Positions 11,549-23,336 of a DNA stretch of 64,000 bases are shown here, piece by piece; position 1 is the first letter of the stretch; each line of letters opens with the position of its first letter. The notes under the pieces were generated by a model. It ran no database searches, had not been told where the DNA came from, and saw only the letters and a list, made by a program, of their open reading frames with translations. Origin of the DNA: Chiloscyllium plagiosum (Eukaryota); NCBI RefSeq assembly GCF_004010195.1, contig NC_057739.1:35172664-35236663 (forward strand). Reading direction: 5' to 3'. Position numbers and translations under genes: made by a program.

Positions 11549-13473
11549 GTAACAGGAAAGGTCGTCATGTGAATTCTCCTTATCCACCTCCTTCCAGTGT
11601 CTGAAGAATGCTTCCCTGAATCTCTGTAGCTGCCACTTGTCAAAAAGGCAGAATGGATATTATTTTCAGTGTGTGACAAATCTGAGATGGAATGGTAGCA
11701 ACCTCCATATGTGGCCTTTTTTGATTTTGTAAAGGCCTTTGACTGTGTTAACCGTGTGTGATTGTTGAATGCCCTCTGCAAATTGAGCTGCCTGCAGAAA
11801 TTCATCACCATTCTCTATCTACTTCATGATATGTGAGCTCTCATACTCACCAACAGATTTACCACACACCCAATATGGCTGCATCTCTACACAAGTGCTC
11901 TTCTCAATCTCCCTCATCACAACGCTCCATCCCCCGAGACTCCCTGCTAGAGTGGAGCTGATCTACAGGATCAGTGGGAAACTGTTCAACCTTTGCCTCC
12001 AGGCCAGAACCAAGACCACCCCAACATCAGTTACTGAGCTGCAGTATGCTGGCAGCACCTGCAAGTCTGCATACTCAGGCTGAGCTGCAGACTATCAACG
12101 ATGCATTTCCCAAGGTGTCTAAGAGACAGGTGGAGCATTCGGAAATCAAAGGTTCTTTCTCAGCCCTCTCCGCCACACAACACTGCTCCCTAACCATCAA
12201 AATCCACAGTGCGCCCCTAGACAAGTGGAGCATCTCCCTTATCTTGGGAACCTCCTCCCAGTCTGATGGTGAAATTTAGTGTCAACTACAATCCGCCAGT
12301 GCAGTCCCCTGACTTGAGAATGTCAGAGATCTCCAGCCCAATATCAAGCTCATGGTCTGCAGAGCAGCGGTGATCCCTATTCTCTTATATGTATCAGAAA
12401 TATGGGTCATGTACAGCAGACACCTCAGATCCCTGGAGTTATTACCAGTGCTGCCTGCACAAAATTCTGCAAAGCCTCTGGCAAGATAAGTGTACTGTGA
12501 GCATCCTCTCCTAGACCTATATCCCCAGTATTGAGGCACAAGTCATGCATCACCAGCTGGGAAGGGTGGGCCACATTGTTCAAATGTCTGTCACAAGTCT
12601 CCCTAAGCAAATGCTGTACTCTGCTCCACAGCGGTTAGTGATCATGAAAGGAAACCTGCTACCAGGTAGGGGAAACCTTCAAGAACATCCTAAAAGCCCC
12701 TCTCAACAAACAACATCCCCATTGACACATAGCAATTGCTTTCCATAGAGTGCATAAACTAGAGAAGAAGCATCTGCGAAGATCCCAACCACTTTGTGAG
12801 TGGCACTGAGTGGAGCATGTGGAGATCAAGTGCAAGCAGGAGAAAGAGCATGCAGAATCCACTGTGTCTAATCCATTTACCCCCTCAAACACCACCAGTC
12901 CCACATATCTGAGTCTGCAGCTTCAGGCTTGGACTATTCAGCTACTGCACCATTGGAGTGGAAGTGAGTTACCCTTAACTCGGAGGGACTGCCAAGACAG
13001 ACAAAATACACACATTTCTTCCAATAAATTGACCTAGTTTGCTCTCATTTGTTCAATCAGCTTTTTTCAATTAATTACTTTGGTCTTTTGTCTGATTTTA
13101 TATTTATTTGTCTTTGACATAAATCTTATGTTTTGATTGCTATTGTCAAATGTTCCCCAATGCTTGTCTTGTGTTCCAGTTCATTTTCCTGTATTACATT
13201 CAGTCATGTTCACCTTTCGTCAAAGAGAATGGAGGTGAGCAGTCCTTGCAAAAAATTGTACTCTGTACCCCATTCAGTATTTTCTTTTGCCAATTACTCT
13301 TTGTCTTTAATTCAGTTCATATTTGTTTTTATATTTTTCCCTACAGTTCATTTATTTGGAGGACTGTCGTATTTCCTTTGCCTTCTCTGTTTTATTTCCA
13401 GCTATATAGATTCTATTTGTAACTTCCTTTCACTGATGTACCTTCTTTATTGTTATCACTGTCTCTAATATTT

Positions 13474-13801
13474 GGATTAGATTAGATTCCCTAAGTATGG
13501 AAAAAGGCCCTTCGGCCCAACAAGTCCACACCGACCCTCCGAAGAGTTACCCACCTAGATCCACTCCCGTACCCTACCCTATATTTACCCCTGACTAATG
13601 CACTAACACTATGGGCAATTTAGCGTGGCCAGTTCATCTGACTAGCACATCTTTGGATTGTGGGAGGGAACTGGAGCACCTGGAGGAAATCCACGCAGAC
13701 ACCAGGAGAATATGCAAACTCCACAGACAACCGCCCTAGATGGGAATCGAACTCTAGTCTCTGGCGCTGTGAGGTAGCAGTTCTAATCACTGAGCCACCG
13801 T
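13474..13801 (-). mobile_element. HE1-type V-SINE
   Basis: Reverse complement of the 794-1105 type; A box CGGTGGCTCAGTG, B box GTTCGATTCC, (TCTAA)n tail. Confidence 0.92.
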
Positions 13802-13889
13802 ATAGAGCTACTCCTGCCCTTTTTCCCACCTTTCTGATTTATGCTGCATGAGCATGTGTTCCTGTAACCTTGCATATTCAATGACCATA

Positions 13890-14072
13890 TAAACGCAAAT
13901 ACTGCAGATCCTGGAAATCTGAAAAAAAAAGAGAGAATGCTGGAGAAACCATTTGTGGAGTGGGGAACAGGGTGAATATTTTGAGTGCAGCATGACTCTG
14001 AAAAACGTATGGTAGCATCTCTCTCCATAGATGCTACCATACGTGCTGATTTCTTCCGTAATCTCTGCATTT
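13890..14072. mobile_element. Decayed PLE-derived fold-back element (family B)
   Basis: AAATACTGCAGATCCTGGAAATCTGAAA...GAATGCTGGAG left arm and TCTCTCCATAGATGCT right arm. Confidence 0.6.
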
Positions 14073-14229
14073 AATTATCAGTCTTATTCATCACCGATCA
14101 TCACTGCTGGAGAAACCATTTGTGGAGTGGGGAACAGGGTGAATATTTTGAGTGCAGCATGACTCTGAAAAACGTATGGTAGCATCTCTCTGCATTTAAT
14201 TATCAGTCTTATTCATCACCGATCATCAC
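13938..14229. repeat. Tandem duplication (167 bp + 125 bp copy lacking 42 bp)
   Basis: 13938-14104 is repeated identically at 14105-14229 apart from one deletion. Confidence 0.95.
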
Positions 14230-16419
14230 TTCTTGGTTACAGAAGCAATCCAGGTTTTATTGGAAAGAAAGTGCAGGACTTTGCACCTGTAAGCAATAGC
14301 TAGATCCTTTAATTTGCTGTGGGGTAACCTGTTAGTCTATATATCTCATTGGGAAGTCTTAGGAAGTTATGTAAATTATCTCTCAAACTGTCAACATAAT
14401 TTCAGAATAGAATATAATTGGGGCGCTAGAGACTAGCTATTTAGCATTACTAACTGGGTACAAGACCTATATGATGCATGATACCATGAAGACGAGCTTT
14501 CAGGGGGTCTGGGCCTATAGCAAGACATGAACACCTTATTCACTTTGTCCACCTTGTTCCACACACTCCATGCAGAAGTATCTCCTACGCAGTTAGACTG
14601 AGGTGATAATAATTCACGAAGTTCTGTATTGTTGTGGAAATCACTCCAACCCATTTGTTCGGATGCATTTACCCAAATAGATTTGGATCAAGGTCTCTCC
14701 ACTACCTGTTTCACTGTTTTGAGACCTATAAAATACTCCCTATAATTGTGATCGTGCCTTTCTTGTTTCTGAATTCTAATGGACTGGATTCTTTCTTGTT
14801 CTCTTCCTCCAAAGACACTTGCTCTTTCGAACAGTACAATGTCTTCCTAATTTTTTCATGTGCTGTCTTTCTTTCTCTTGTGAGAAATTTTCTCCATTCC
14901 AATTGGGTGGCATAGATGCATCTGTGTGAACTGACTGAGCATGTAAATTGATATCAAATCTGACTTTGAGCATTTCCAGAAATTATGGGAAATAAATAAA
15001 GAGCTTTTGTGTAAGTTTCAGAAAAGGAAATCATTGGATTTTCACTTGGATCCTGCACTTGAAACACTTCTGTATTTCCAGTGAGACAAGTGATTATTGG
15101 CATGTCTCATAGTAAAGTGTGTGGCCTTCTGCACAAAATCAATCTGCTATACTTTGCCCTTTTGATCATAAAAATGTCAAAATTTGAAATTATCTTCATT
15201 TGGGGATTGCCTTGGCTTTGGAATGATTCCTGGGAAAAATATATTCATCAAAAATTTGAAGTCGCAATCCCTTGGAGATATAAATCCCAAGTTTATTCAT
15301 GGAACAATTGATGTCTGTCTTTGATAGATATTTTCCTGTGTGCTGAATGTGTGAGATAACTTTGCTGTAATTTACTGTCTGAAGTAGCATCAAGCCTGAA
15401 GAAGCTCCCCGGAGCCAACTGTTATCTATTTAATGATCATCAGACTCATTGCTTAGCTTTAGCTTTGTTCCTTTTCTTAATTACTAAATTAGAAAGCACA
15501 AATGGAGAATCACACTTTTTAAGATGCTTCTTAGTAAGCTTTTCTCTTGCACTGGAAATGCACTGGAAGTGAGCTTTTGAAAGATTGCTGGAGTAATGCT
15601 TTCTCTCTGACATACATTTTGAAAGCTGTGATCGATTACAATCGTATGGCAAGTGTTCATTTGAAAATGTTTCTTTCCTCTATTTCCTGCCATTGGGATG
15701 TAATATCCGTGTAAAGTTCATCAGGGTCAAGCTACAGTCTCATTTTAACATTCCAGTAATTTGCAGCTGTAAAAACTGAGACACAAAAAGCTCTCATCCG
15801 TTTTGGTCAATGGCAGCTTTTAGAATGCCCCAAGAATTGTACAATGACATCAGTTCTATTAGTACTTGTTGCTATGGGGTACCTCTATGACAATACCTTG
15901 TGCAGTTTTGTTAAATGTATTTTCAAAAAAGGAGGGTGTCCTCTGTGAGGTTAAACATTGATATTGACTTTCTGTTTGGCACCAAACCACTTGAAGCGAT
16001 CTTATTGCATGTTATTCAAGGATAAGTAAGTGAAACATTTGATCCAAACTCAGCTGTCCTCTAGCTATGCTAAATGTCTGACGTTGTGAAAGATTGACTG
16101 AGTGCTAGATTTCGGTCTGCCACAAATGTGGTGAATTTCCAGCATTTATACAGCTGAAGAGCTGAGCAAATTGCAAATCCTGAAAGGAAAGATCAGAAAA
16201 TTCTGAAAATACTCTGCAGGTCAGACAGCATTTGTGGAAGGAGAGATGGGGTAATACTTCATGTTGCTGTCCATTTAATTTAAAAAAAAAAGCATGATAG
16301 ACAAAGTCCTCATTGATGCAAGCAAGTCTTCTTAAGCAGTACCTTATGATCATAAGTTGACTTGTTTGCTCTGCGTTTGATGGGTTCTGAGATTGCTTAC
16401 AAGTCTTGTATACGATTAA

Positions 16420-16835
16420 AACCTGAAACAACTGTGGATCCTGTAAATCAGAAACAAAACCAGAAATTGCTGGAAAAGCTGTGTGGAGAGAAAGCAGTGT
16501 TAATGTTTCAGGTCGAGTGACCCTTCTTCAGAACTGATGGTAGCTATTAAAATGTTTGAGAGTTTGTACTGCAGTAGATAGGGTAGATATGTGTGGATAG
16601 AGCCCAAAGAGAGAAGAACAGTTAGAATGACAAGGGCGTGGATAATGATTTGGCTAGGAGAGTGAATATCTGTTAGTGGGGACTGTTAGTGGCTAACAAT
16701 GGCTTGTTTGTAATAGTAGACTGTGATAACAAGGCCTGGTGTGTGGGGATTGGGTTAAGGACATGGGAGAGTTCAAGCTCTAAAGTTGTTGAACTTGATG
16801 TGGAGTCCAGAAGTCTGCATAATCCCCAAGTGAAG
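16420..16835 (-). mobile_element. Penelope-like element 3' end with hammerhead terminus (family B)
   Basis: Minus strand LGIMQTSGLHIKFNNF C-terminus (16780-16830), UTR, then CTGAAGA-AGGGTCACTCGACCT-GAAAC. Confidence 0.75.
16500..16535 (-). ncRNA. Hammerhead ribozyme-like core
   Basis: Minus: GTT-CTGAAGA-AGGGTCACTCGACCT-GAAA-CATT-AAC; stem I GTT/AAC. Confidence 0.6.
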
Positions 16836-17555
16836 TGCTGTATGATTATTCACTCATGAGACATGGTGTCACTAGCCAGTCGGCATTTATTGCCCATCCC
16901 TAGTTGCCCTTGAGTAGGTGTTGGTGAGCTGCCTACTTGAATTATTAAGGTCCACATGCTGTAGGTCAACCCACAATGCTATTAAGGAGGGAATTCCAGG
17001 TTTCTGACCCAGCCACCGTGAATAAACCATAATATATTTCCAAGTCAGGATGGTGATTGGCTTGGAAGGGAACTTGCAGGTGGTGATGTTCCCATGTATC
17101 TGCTGTCCTTGTCCTTCGGGATAGAAATGGTCATGGTTTGGGAGGTGTTGTCTTTGGTGAATTTCTGTAGTGCGTCTTTATAGACAGTACACACAGCTGT
17201 TTCTGAGTTGATGGAGGGAGTGGATGCTTGTGGATGTGGTGCAAGTCAAGCTGACTGCTCTGCCCTAGATGGTGTCAAGCTTCTTTAGTGTTGTTTGAGC
17301 TGCAGTCTGCCAGTGGGGAGTATTCCATCAAGCTTTTGACCTGTGTCTTGTAAATGGTGAACATGTTTGGGGAATTGTAAGATGTGCTACCTGCTGCAGT
17401 ATTCCTAGCTTCTAACTGCACTTGTAGCTACTGTGTTTATGTAGTGAGTCCATTTGAGTTTCTGGTCCATGGTGACTCCCCAAGGATGTTGATAGTGGAG
17501 GATTCAATAATGATAACACCTTGAATGTCAAGGGATGGTGATTAGATTGTCTCTT

Positions 17556-17746
17556 AGAGTCATAGAGATGTATAGCACAGAAAATTCTGGTCTCCTTCCT
17601 ATCGGAAAGATGTTGGAAACTTGACAGGGTTCAGAAAAGATTTACAAGGATGTTGCCAGGGTTGAAGGATTTGAGCTATAGGGAGAGGCTGAACAGGCTG
17701 GGTCTGTTTTCTCTGGAGTGTCAGAGGCTGAGGGATGACCTTATAG
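17556..17746. mobile_element. Rearranged HER1 fragment (minus-strand tail joined to plus-strand ORF2 piece)
   Basis: AGAGTCATAGAGATGTATAGCACAGAAA followed by plus-strand MLPGLKDLSYRERLNRLGLFSLE. Confidence 0.85.
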
Positions 17747-17990
17747 GTGGGAAGGAAAATGGACAGGTCAAGAGGGCAGTTTTGAGTTGGAGGGTTGGAC
17801 CTGGGATGGGGTGGGGGGGGGTGGTGGAGATTTGGAAACGAGTGAAGTCGAAGTTGATGCTGTGTGGTTGAAGGGTCCCTAGGCAAAAGATGAGGCATTC
17901 TTTCTCCAGTTGTTGGGTGACTTTTGATTTGTCGGTGGAAGGGGGCCAGGACATGCTTGTCCTTGGGGAGTGGGAGGGGGAGTTGAAGTG
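17747..17990 (-). mobile_element. Penelope-like GIY-YIG C-terminal fragment
   Basis: ORF 17721-17954 QLEKECLIFCLGTLQPHSINFDFTRF. Confidence 0.8.
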
Positions 17991-18097
17991 GTACTTGCCA
18001 CTTGTTGGCCAAGCCTGGATATTGTCCAGATCTTACTGCATTTGAATATGGATTGTCAGGAATGGTACTGAAAGTTGTGTAGTCATTGAACATCCCA

Positions 18098-18200
18098 GTT
18101 CTGAGGAACGGTCATTGGACCTGAAACTTTAACTGATTTTTTATTTCTCTACATGTGCTGCCAGGTTTGCTGAGCTTTTCCAGAAATTTAAACTTTTGTT
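18098..18200 (+). mobile_element. Single-arm hammerhead-bearing PLE terminus (family B)
   Basis: GTT-CTGAGGA-ACGGTCATTGGACCT-GAAA-CTTT-AAC followed by TCTCTACATGTGCTGCCAG..TGCTGAGCTTTTCCAG. Confidence 0.65.
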
Positions 18201-20975
18201 ATCCTCACTTCTGACCTTTTTTAAAATAATTTTTCACGATGGAGGGAAGGTCATTGATCAAGCAGCTGAAAATGTTTGGTCCTAGGAAAGTTCCCTGAGG
18301 AGCCTCTACTGAGATAACTGACCTCAACAACTGCAAACATCCTCCTACGTGCTGGTATGACTCCAACCGCTGAAGGGTTTGCCCCTGATATCCATTGATT
18401 CAGTTTTGCTTGGGCTCCTTGAATCCTGTAAAATGTGGCCTGGATGTTAAGGGCAGTCGCTCTCACCTCAGCTCTGGAATTCAGCTGTTTTGTCCAACCA
18501 AAGCTCAGATGGGGTCAGGAGCTGAGCAGCCCTGGGCACACTGAGCAGATTATTGCTGAGCAGGTGCTGCTTGGAAGCACTGTTGATGACACCTCCATCA
18601 CTTTACTGATGATCAAGAGTAAACTGGTGGGGTGGTAATGGGCCAGGTTGATTTATCTTGCTTTTAGTGTACAGGACATACCTGGGTAATATTCTACATT
18701 GTCGGCTAGATATCAGCATTGTAATTGTACTGGAAGAGTTTGGTTGGGGAAAGGCAAATTCTGGAGCACAAGCTTTCAGTACTATTGCCAGAATGTTGTC
18801 AGGGCACACCTGCGATGCTGGGGACCACTGCAGGAGGCTGAGATGGGTCATCCACTCGGTACTTCTGGCTGAAGATTGCTGCGAATGCTTCAGCCTTATC
18901 TGTTGCAGTGATGTATTGGGCTATTCCATCATTGAGGGTGGGGATATTTGTTGAAACACTTCCTCCAGTGAGTTGTTTTGCAGACTCTGCTGTCTGCAGA
19001 GCAAGTGAAGCTTTGAAGGTAGAATGGATACGTTGTTTCCAGGTTTGTGCAATTTTTCTGCCTTAACTTAAACTTCGCATGTTTGAAAGGAAGTAACTTG
19101 ATGTTTGTTTCACATTGCCCTTAAGGTTCCTTCAGAAAGAGAAAGGTTGGAGGTATTGCTTTGATTTGTCTCTTCCTCCTTTCTTACTGTGTCTAGGAAT
19201 TGGTTAGTATCTTGAGAGTGGGTAAGATCTCCTCCATTGTTAAATTTTTAAAGCAATCTAGGAACTGGTAATAAGGTTAATAAAGTACAAAAGAAACAAG
19301 TAACTGAGTAAGTTATTTAAGTAGTTGATTAAAATACATTAAAGGATAGCAGGGCGGGTTATGAACCATGGCAACAGCACCTGGGTGCGCCTGGATGCTA
19401 GTGTGACCTAAGGTTAACATGTCTGTGATAATTGTTTACAACTCAAGCAGCTTTGGCTCAGTTTAAGCTGGAGGCCAAACTACAGACACTGCAGGACATC
19501 AGGGAGTGTGAAATGTACCTGGTCTTCTGATTATGGAAAGGAGGTTGTGACTGCGAGTGAGGCAGGTAAGGGGACCCAGAGGACAGGAGTGCAGGAGCCT
19601 TGGGCTTTGCAATTGTCTAACAGTTTGATTCTTTTTTCTGCTTGTGTGGATCAGTCAGGGCTGCTGGGTAGATAACGTAAATAACAATGGTATGGTGGTA
19701 AAGGAAGCCATTCAATTGAGGATCTGGAAAGAATGTTGTAATAATAGGGGGCAGTGCAGTGAGTGATATTGACACTGTTCTCAGAAGCAAAGACTCTCTT
19801 GCCTGCTAGGTATTGGGGTTTGGGATATTTGCTTAGGGTGGGAGAGGAACTTGCAGATGTAGAGGGAGGATCTGTTATTGTGACCTATGTAAGGTATCAA
19901 TGAGGTGGGCAGGACAAGGAAAGAGCCTTTAAGTAGGAAATTTATTAACTGATCCATGTGGAAATTAGCATAAGGCAAATGAGATATGTGGAATGAATGT
20001 GTGGTTTCAACGCTGGCATGGGAAAATGGGCACTAGCACCAGTACTGGGAAAGGGTTGACTGTACCATTGGGATGGTCTCCATTGGGAACCATGCTGGCA
20101 ATAAGGTTCTTGCACATTGTATAGCAAGGGAGGTGGGAGCCTTTTAAACTATATACTGGAGTCACGGGATCAAATTTGGAAAGATTTAGTTTGGATTATG
20201 GTTGGCATGGCCTGGTTGGACTGAAGGGTCTGCGTCTATGCTATATAATTCTATATGGTGCATCCATATTGACTATTTTCAGTTACTTCATTAATGACTT
20301 TCATTCCATCTCTAGGTCAGAAGTGAGGATGTTCATCAATGATTACACAATGTTTAGCACGTTTCATGGTTGCTCGGATACTGAAGCGGTTCATTAGAGA
20401 AGTGGAGGGATTGCTTAATTGAAATCGTCGCTGCAGTAATAAGGGAGGATGTCCTAGCAGGGTCTCTGAATGAGACCATCTGACTTGCACCATAAGGTAC
20501 AGGAGCAGAATTAGATCATTCACCCTATTTAATCTGTTTCACCATTCGACCATGGCTGATGTGTTTCTTGACCCCCTTCTCCTGGCTTCTCCCTGTCAGC
20601 TTTGATCCTCTTACAAAAGACAATCTGGGTAGAGCTTAGAAATTATAAAAAGTGGACAATTTACCTTGCTGGGATTATACTACAGTCTTCTCCATAGTGA
20701 GAGGTGAGATATTTAGGCAAATCAAAGAAAGGCATGAAAGATAGAGAGTTACAGTTGCAGGAAACATCACCTTTGGAACATTAACTGGGATTGCCTTAAT
20801 GTGAAAGGATTAGACAAGATGGACTCATGAAAAGCTTCCCTGGATGTACTTTTAAAGCCAGTGTGTAGATACACCTACTAGAGATGGAGTAGTGCTCGAC
20901 CTGATCCTGGGGAATGAAGCAAGTTTCAGTGGGTGAGTGGTTTGGGGATACTGCATGTAACCCTAAGTTTGAGTC

Positions 20976-21078
20976 CATAGAATACAATCCCTACAGTGTG
21001 GAACAGGTTCTTTGATCCAACAAGTCCACACCGACCCTCCGAAGCGTAACCCACCCAGACCCATTCCCCTACTACATT
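20976..21078 (-). mobile_element. HE1 SINE 3' fragment
   Basis: CAACAAGTCCACACCGACCCTCCGAAG matches 13518-13545. Confidence 0.85.
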
Positions 21079-21989
21079 ATAGAAAGGAATAAAGGATAGT
21101 GCCTTTCCTTTCTCTCGAACTTGAATATCTTGTGAAGGCATCAGTGATGGTCCTTCTCCAGCATTGGAGAGCCCTCGGTAGGTTGCCCATGTCTGAAGCA
21201 AGTGCAGTTGAGGGGGAGATTTCTAGAATCTATTAAGGATGTGTAATGGGGTGCTTTGCCAAGTCCTAGTGATTTTTCACACTCTTAAGGTTAAGTCAAA
21301 TGCAGATTGGATTTTCAGTAGGTATTTGATAAGGTGAATGCAAGAATGATTACGCAAGGTGATAGTGCATAAATTGGGGATAGTATAAATTGAAGATCAA
21401 TAAATGGACAGAAAGACTGAGTAGGAATAAAGAAATCTTTGTGAAGCCAGCATTGTGTTATGAATGGAGTGCTTTAAGCAGTAGTCCTGGGGCTATTTGT
21501 TATTTGCAATCTATTATCTATTATCACAATCTATTATGAGGGGACTGAGTGTCAAATTTTGTTGACTATATAAAGCCTGGTGGGAAAATAAAAGCAGAAG
21601 AGGGCATAAAAAAGGCTTCCAAGAGACATCGACTGTTATCAGTGGCCTAGAATGTGGCTGATAGAGGATGATATGGAGAAATGTTAATTTATCCACTTTG
21701 GTGTGAAGAATATTTGGTATTGGTTATAGGTTAGCAAATGTTGGTATTTGGATATCCTTAAACCAAGTAGAAATTAATTTGCAGTTTCAGAAAGCAACTA
21801 GGAAGTCAAGTAGTATGTTGGCCTTATTAAAAGAGCTTAGGATATAAGATAAGAAGGTCTTTCTGCAAGTATATCGGGCTTTGAGGGTCTCTTGTGCTTG
21901 TAATGGTAATGTCCCTACCTCTGAACCAGAGGTCTCAACACATCTGAACAAATTGTTTAAAAATTTTTTTAGGTCTTTGATGCAATCGC

Positions 21990-22300
21990 TTCGGGAGTAC
22001 AGTTTATCTTCCACTCCTGTCAGCTTTCCACAATCCCTTAATTCCCTGAGACCAAAATCTTTCTCGGAGCCTTAGAAGTATTCAATGATGGAACGTCTAC
22101 AACTCTCTGGAGTAGAGCGTTCCCAAGATTCTCAACCCTTTGAATGAAATCATTTCCTCTTCTCTCCATCCTAAATGATCGGTCCCTTTATCCTGAGACT
22201 GTGCATCTGGGTCTTTGTTTTCTCTGATCAAGGAATCCATCTCCTGTGTCTATCCTATTCAATTTCTTTTTAATCTTTATATGTCTTAATAAGGCTGCTT
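21990..22300 (-). mobile_element. Old CR1 3' fragment
   Basis: CTCTCTGGAGTAGAGCGTTCCCAAGATTCTCAACCCTTTGA, the reverse complement of the typical CR1 RVxNLWNSLP end. Confidence 0.6.
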
Positions 22301-23244
22301 CTTGAGCACTAAAGGTGTCAAGGTAAACGGGGATCAGGTGGAATGTGGAATTAGTCTCAATGTTTGTTCATGATTTTGTTGAATGATGGAGCAGGTTCAA
22401 GGAGGCATATGAACCCATGTGCCTTTTTAAAAAATGTTTGAGTCTGATTTTAAAAACAAGTGAAGGGATGCTATTACAAGTGCATAGGGGGAAAGAAAAC
22501 TTTCCCACAATAAATTGTACTGAATGAATTGCTTATGTCTTTCATGTTGTATCGGTAATGTTCTAAAATTGCCACTTATCACAGCCAGGTGCAGTTTGAT
22601 ATACAGGTGAAGAATTTTATCGTTTGATATTCTCTATTTGTGAGCACGTTTTAAAAAATAATTATCTCCTTATGTTACCTTAGTTTCTGATTTTATAAAA
22701 ATAATTGTCAATTGTATGTGATTTTGAAATTATTTGCCTGCATTTTATACATTGCATCATAGTTTGTGTTTACGGGATTCGTGCTTGTCAGGCTGAATTA
22801 GACAGTAATTGCAAGTGTATCAGGGGAGTTCTGATTCTGTACTAACCCTTTTGGAAGCAATCAGACAGTCCACTTTGCTCCTTTCACATGCTCCCAACAG
22901 GAACAGGAAGCTTTATAATAGGAGGCAGCAACAAGGGACTTAACAGAAATGTTTGTTTCTGTGTGGGTGGTGAGGCACTTTGGAAAGTGGCAAAATCAAC
23001 AGAATTAGAATTAATTTTGTTGTCTCATGTATTCATGTAAAACAAAGTTAAAAGTTCAACATTCTTTCTCAAGTGCTTAGCCATGTTAAGCTCGTACTCC
23101 CTACAAGGGTTTGATCTCCTCCACTTTGACCTGCTCTCCGGGAGACCTTGTGCTGTCTACTCTTTCCACTGCTGCAGATGTTGGGGGACATTCCTCACCG
23201 TCGCATTGGGCTTACTTTTTCCACATTGGGTTTAATTTCCAACC

Positions 23245-23336
23245 TGAAAATGTGTTGCTGAAAAAGCGCAGCAGGTCAGGCAGCATCCAAGGAGCAGGAG
23301 AATCGACGTTTCGGGCATGAGCCCTTCTTCAGGAAT
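23245..23336 (-). mobile_element. Single-arm hammerhead mini-element (family A), 11-bp TSD
   Basis: AATTTCCAACC at 23234-23244 and 23334-23344. Confidence 0.85.
23300..23336 (-). ncRNA. Minimal hammerhead ribozyme with intact core
   Basis: Minus: CTGAAGA-A-GGGC-TCAT-GCCC-GAAA-CGTC (GUC triplet, ACGT palindromic stem III); stem I weak. Confidence 0.7.

Larger units (their letters stand above)
9200..12995 (+). mobile_element. Degenerate RTE-clade LINE, interrupted by a fold-back element (9332-9524) and HER1 (9792-11548)
   Basis: EIDKAIKQLQNNKALGVDGIPTEVLKY; IFKKGDRSECGNYRRISLL; resumes VTGKVV after 11548; AFFDFVKAFDCVNR; ELQYAG; GHIVQMSVTSLPKQMLYS. Confidence 0.85.
16845..18980 (-). mobile_element. 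CR1/L2-group LINE (partner of the 7016-type SINE), degenerate, multiply interrupted
   Basis: 3' end GGGATGGGCAATAAATGC...GAATAA; RT remnants (MFNDY = FADD motif, PQG-like region); interrupted at 17556-17990 and 18098-18200. Confidence 0.75.
19300..22420 (+). mobile_element. Old near-full-length CR1 fossil with ORF1 (zinc finger/coiled coil/esterase) and fragmented ORF2
   Basis: HVCDNCLQLKQLWL, LEAKLQTLQDIRE, LQLSNSL, VVIIGGS, WDGLH; endonuclease IWVELRN, LLGLYYS; RT remnants 21250-21870; 3' UTR 22305-22420. Confidence 0.7.

Noticed and set aside
13133-13468. Hydrophobic ORFs resembling membrane proteins
   Set aside because: A by-product of T-rich low-complexity sequence.
13938-14229. CRISPR-like or satellite array
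   Set aside because: Only two copies, no spacers, eukaryotic context.
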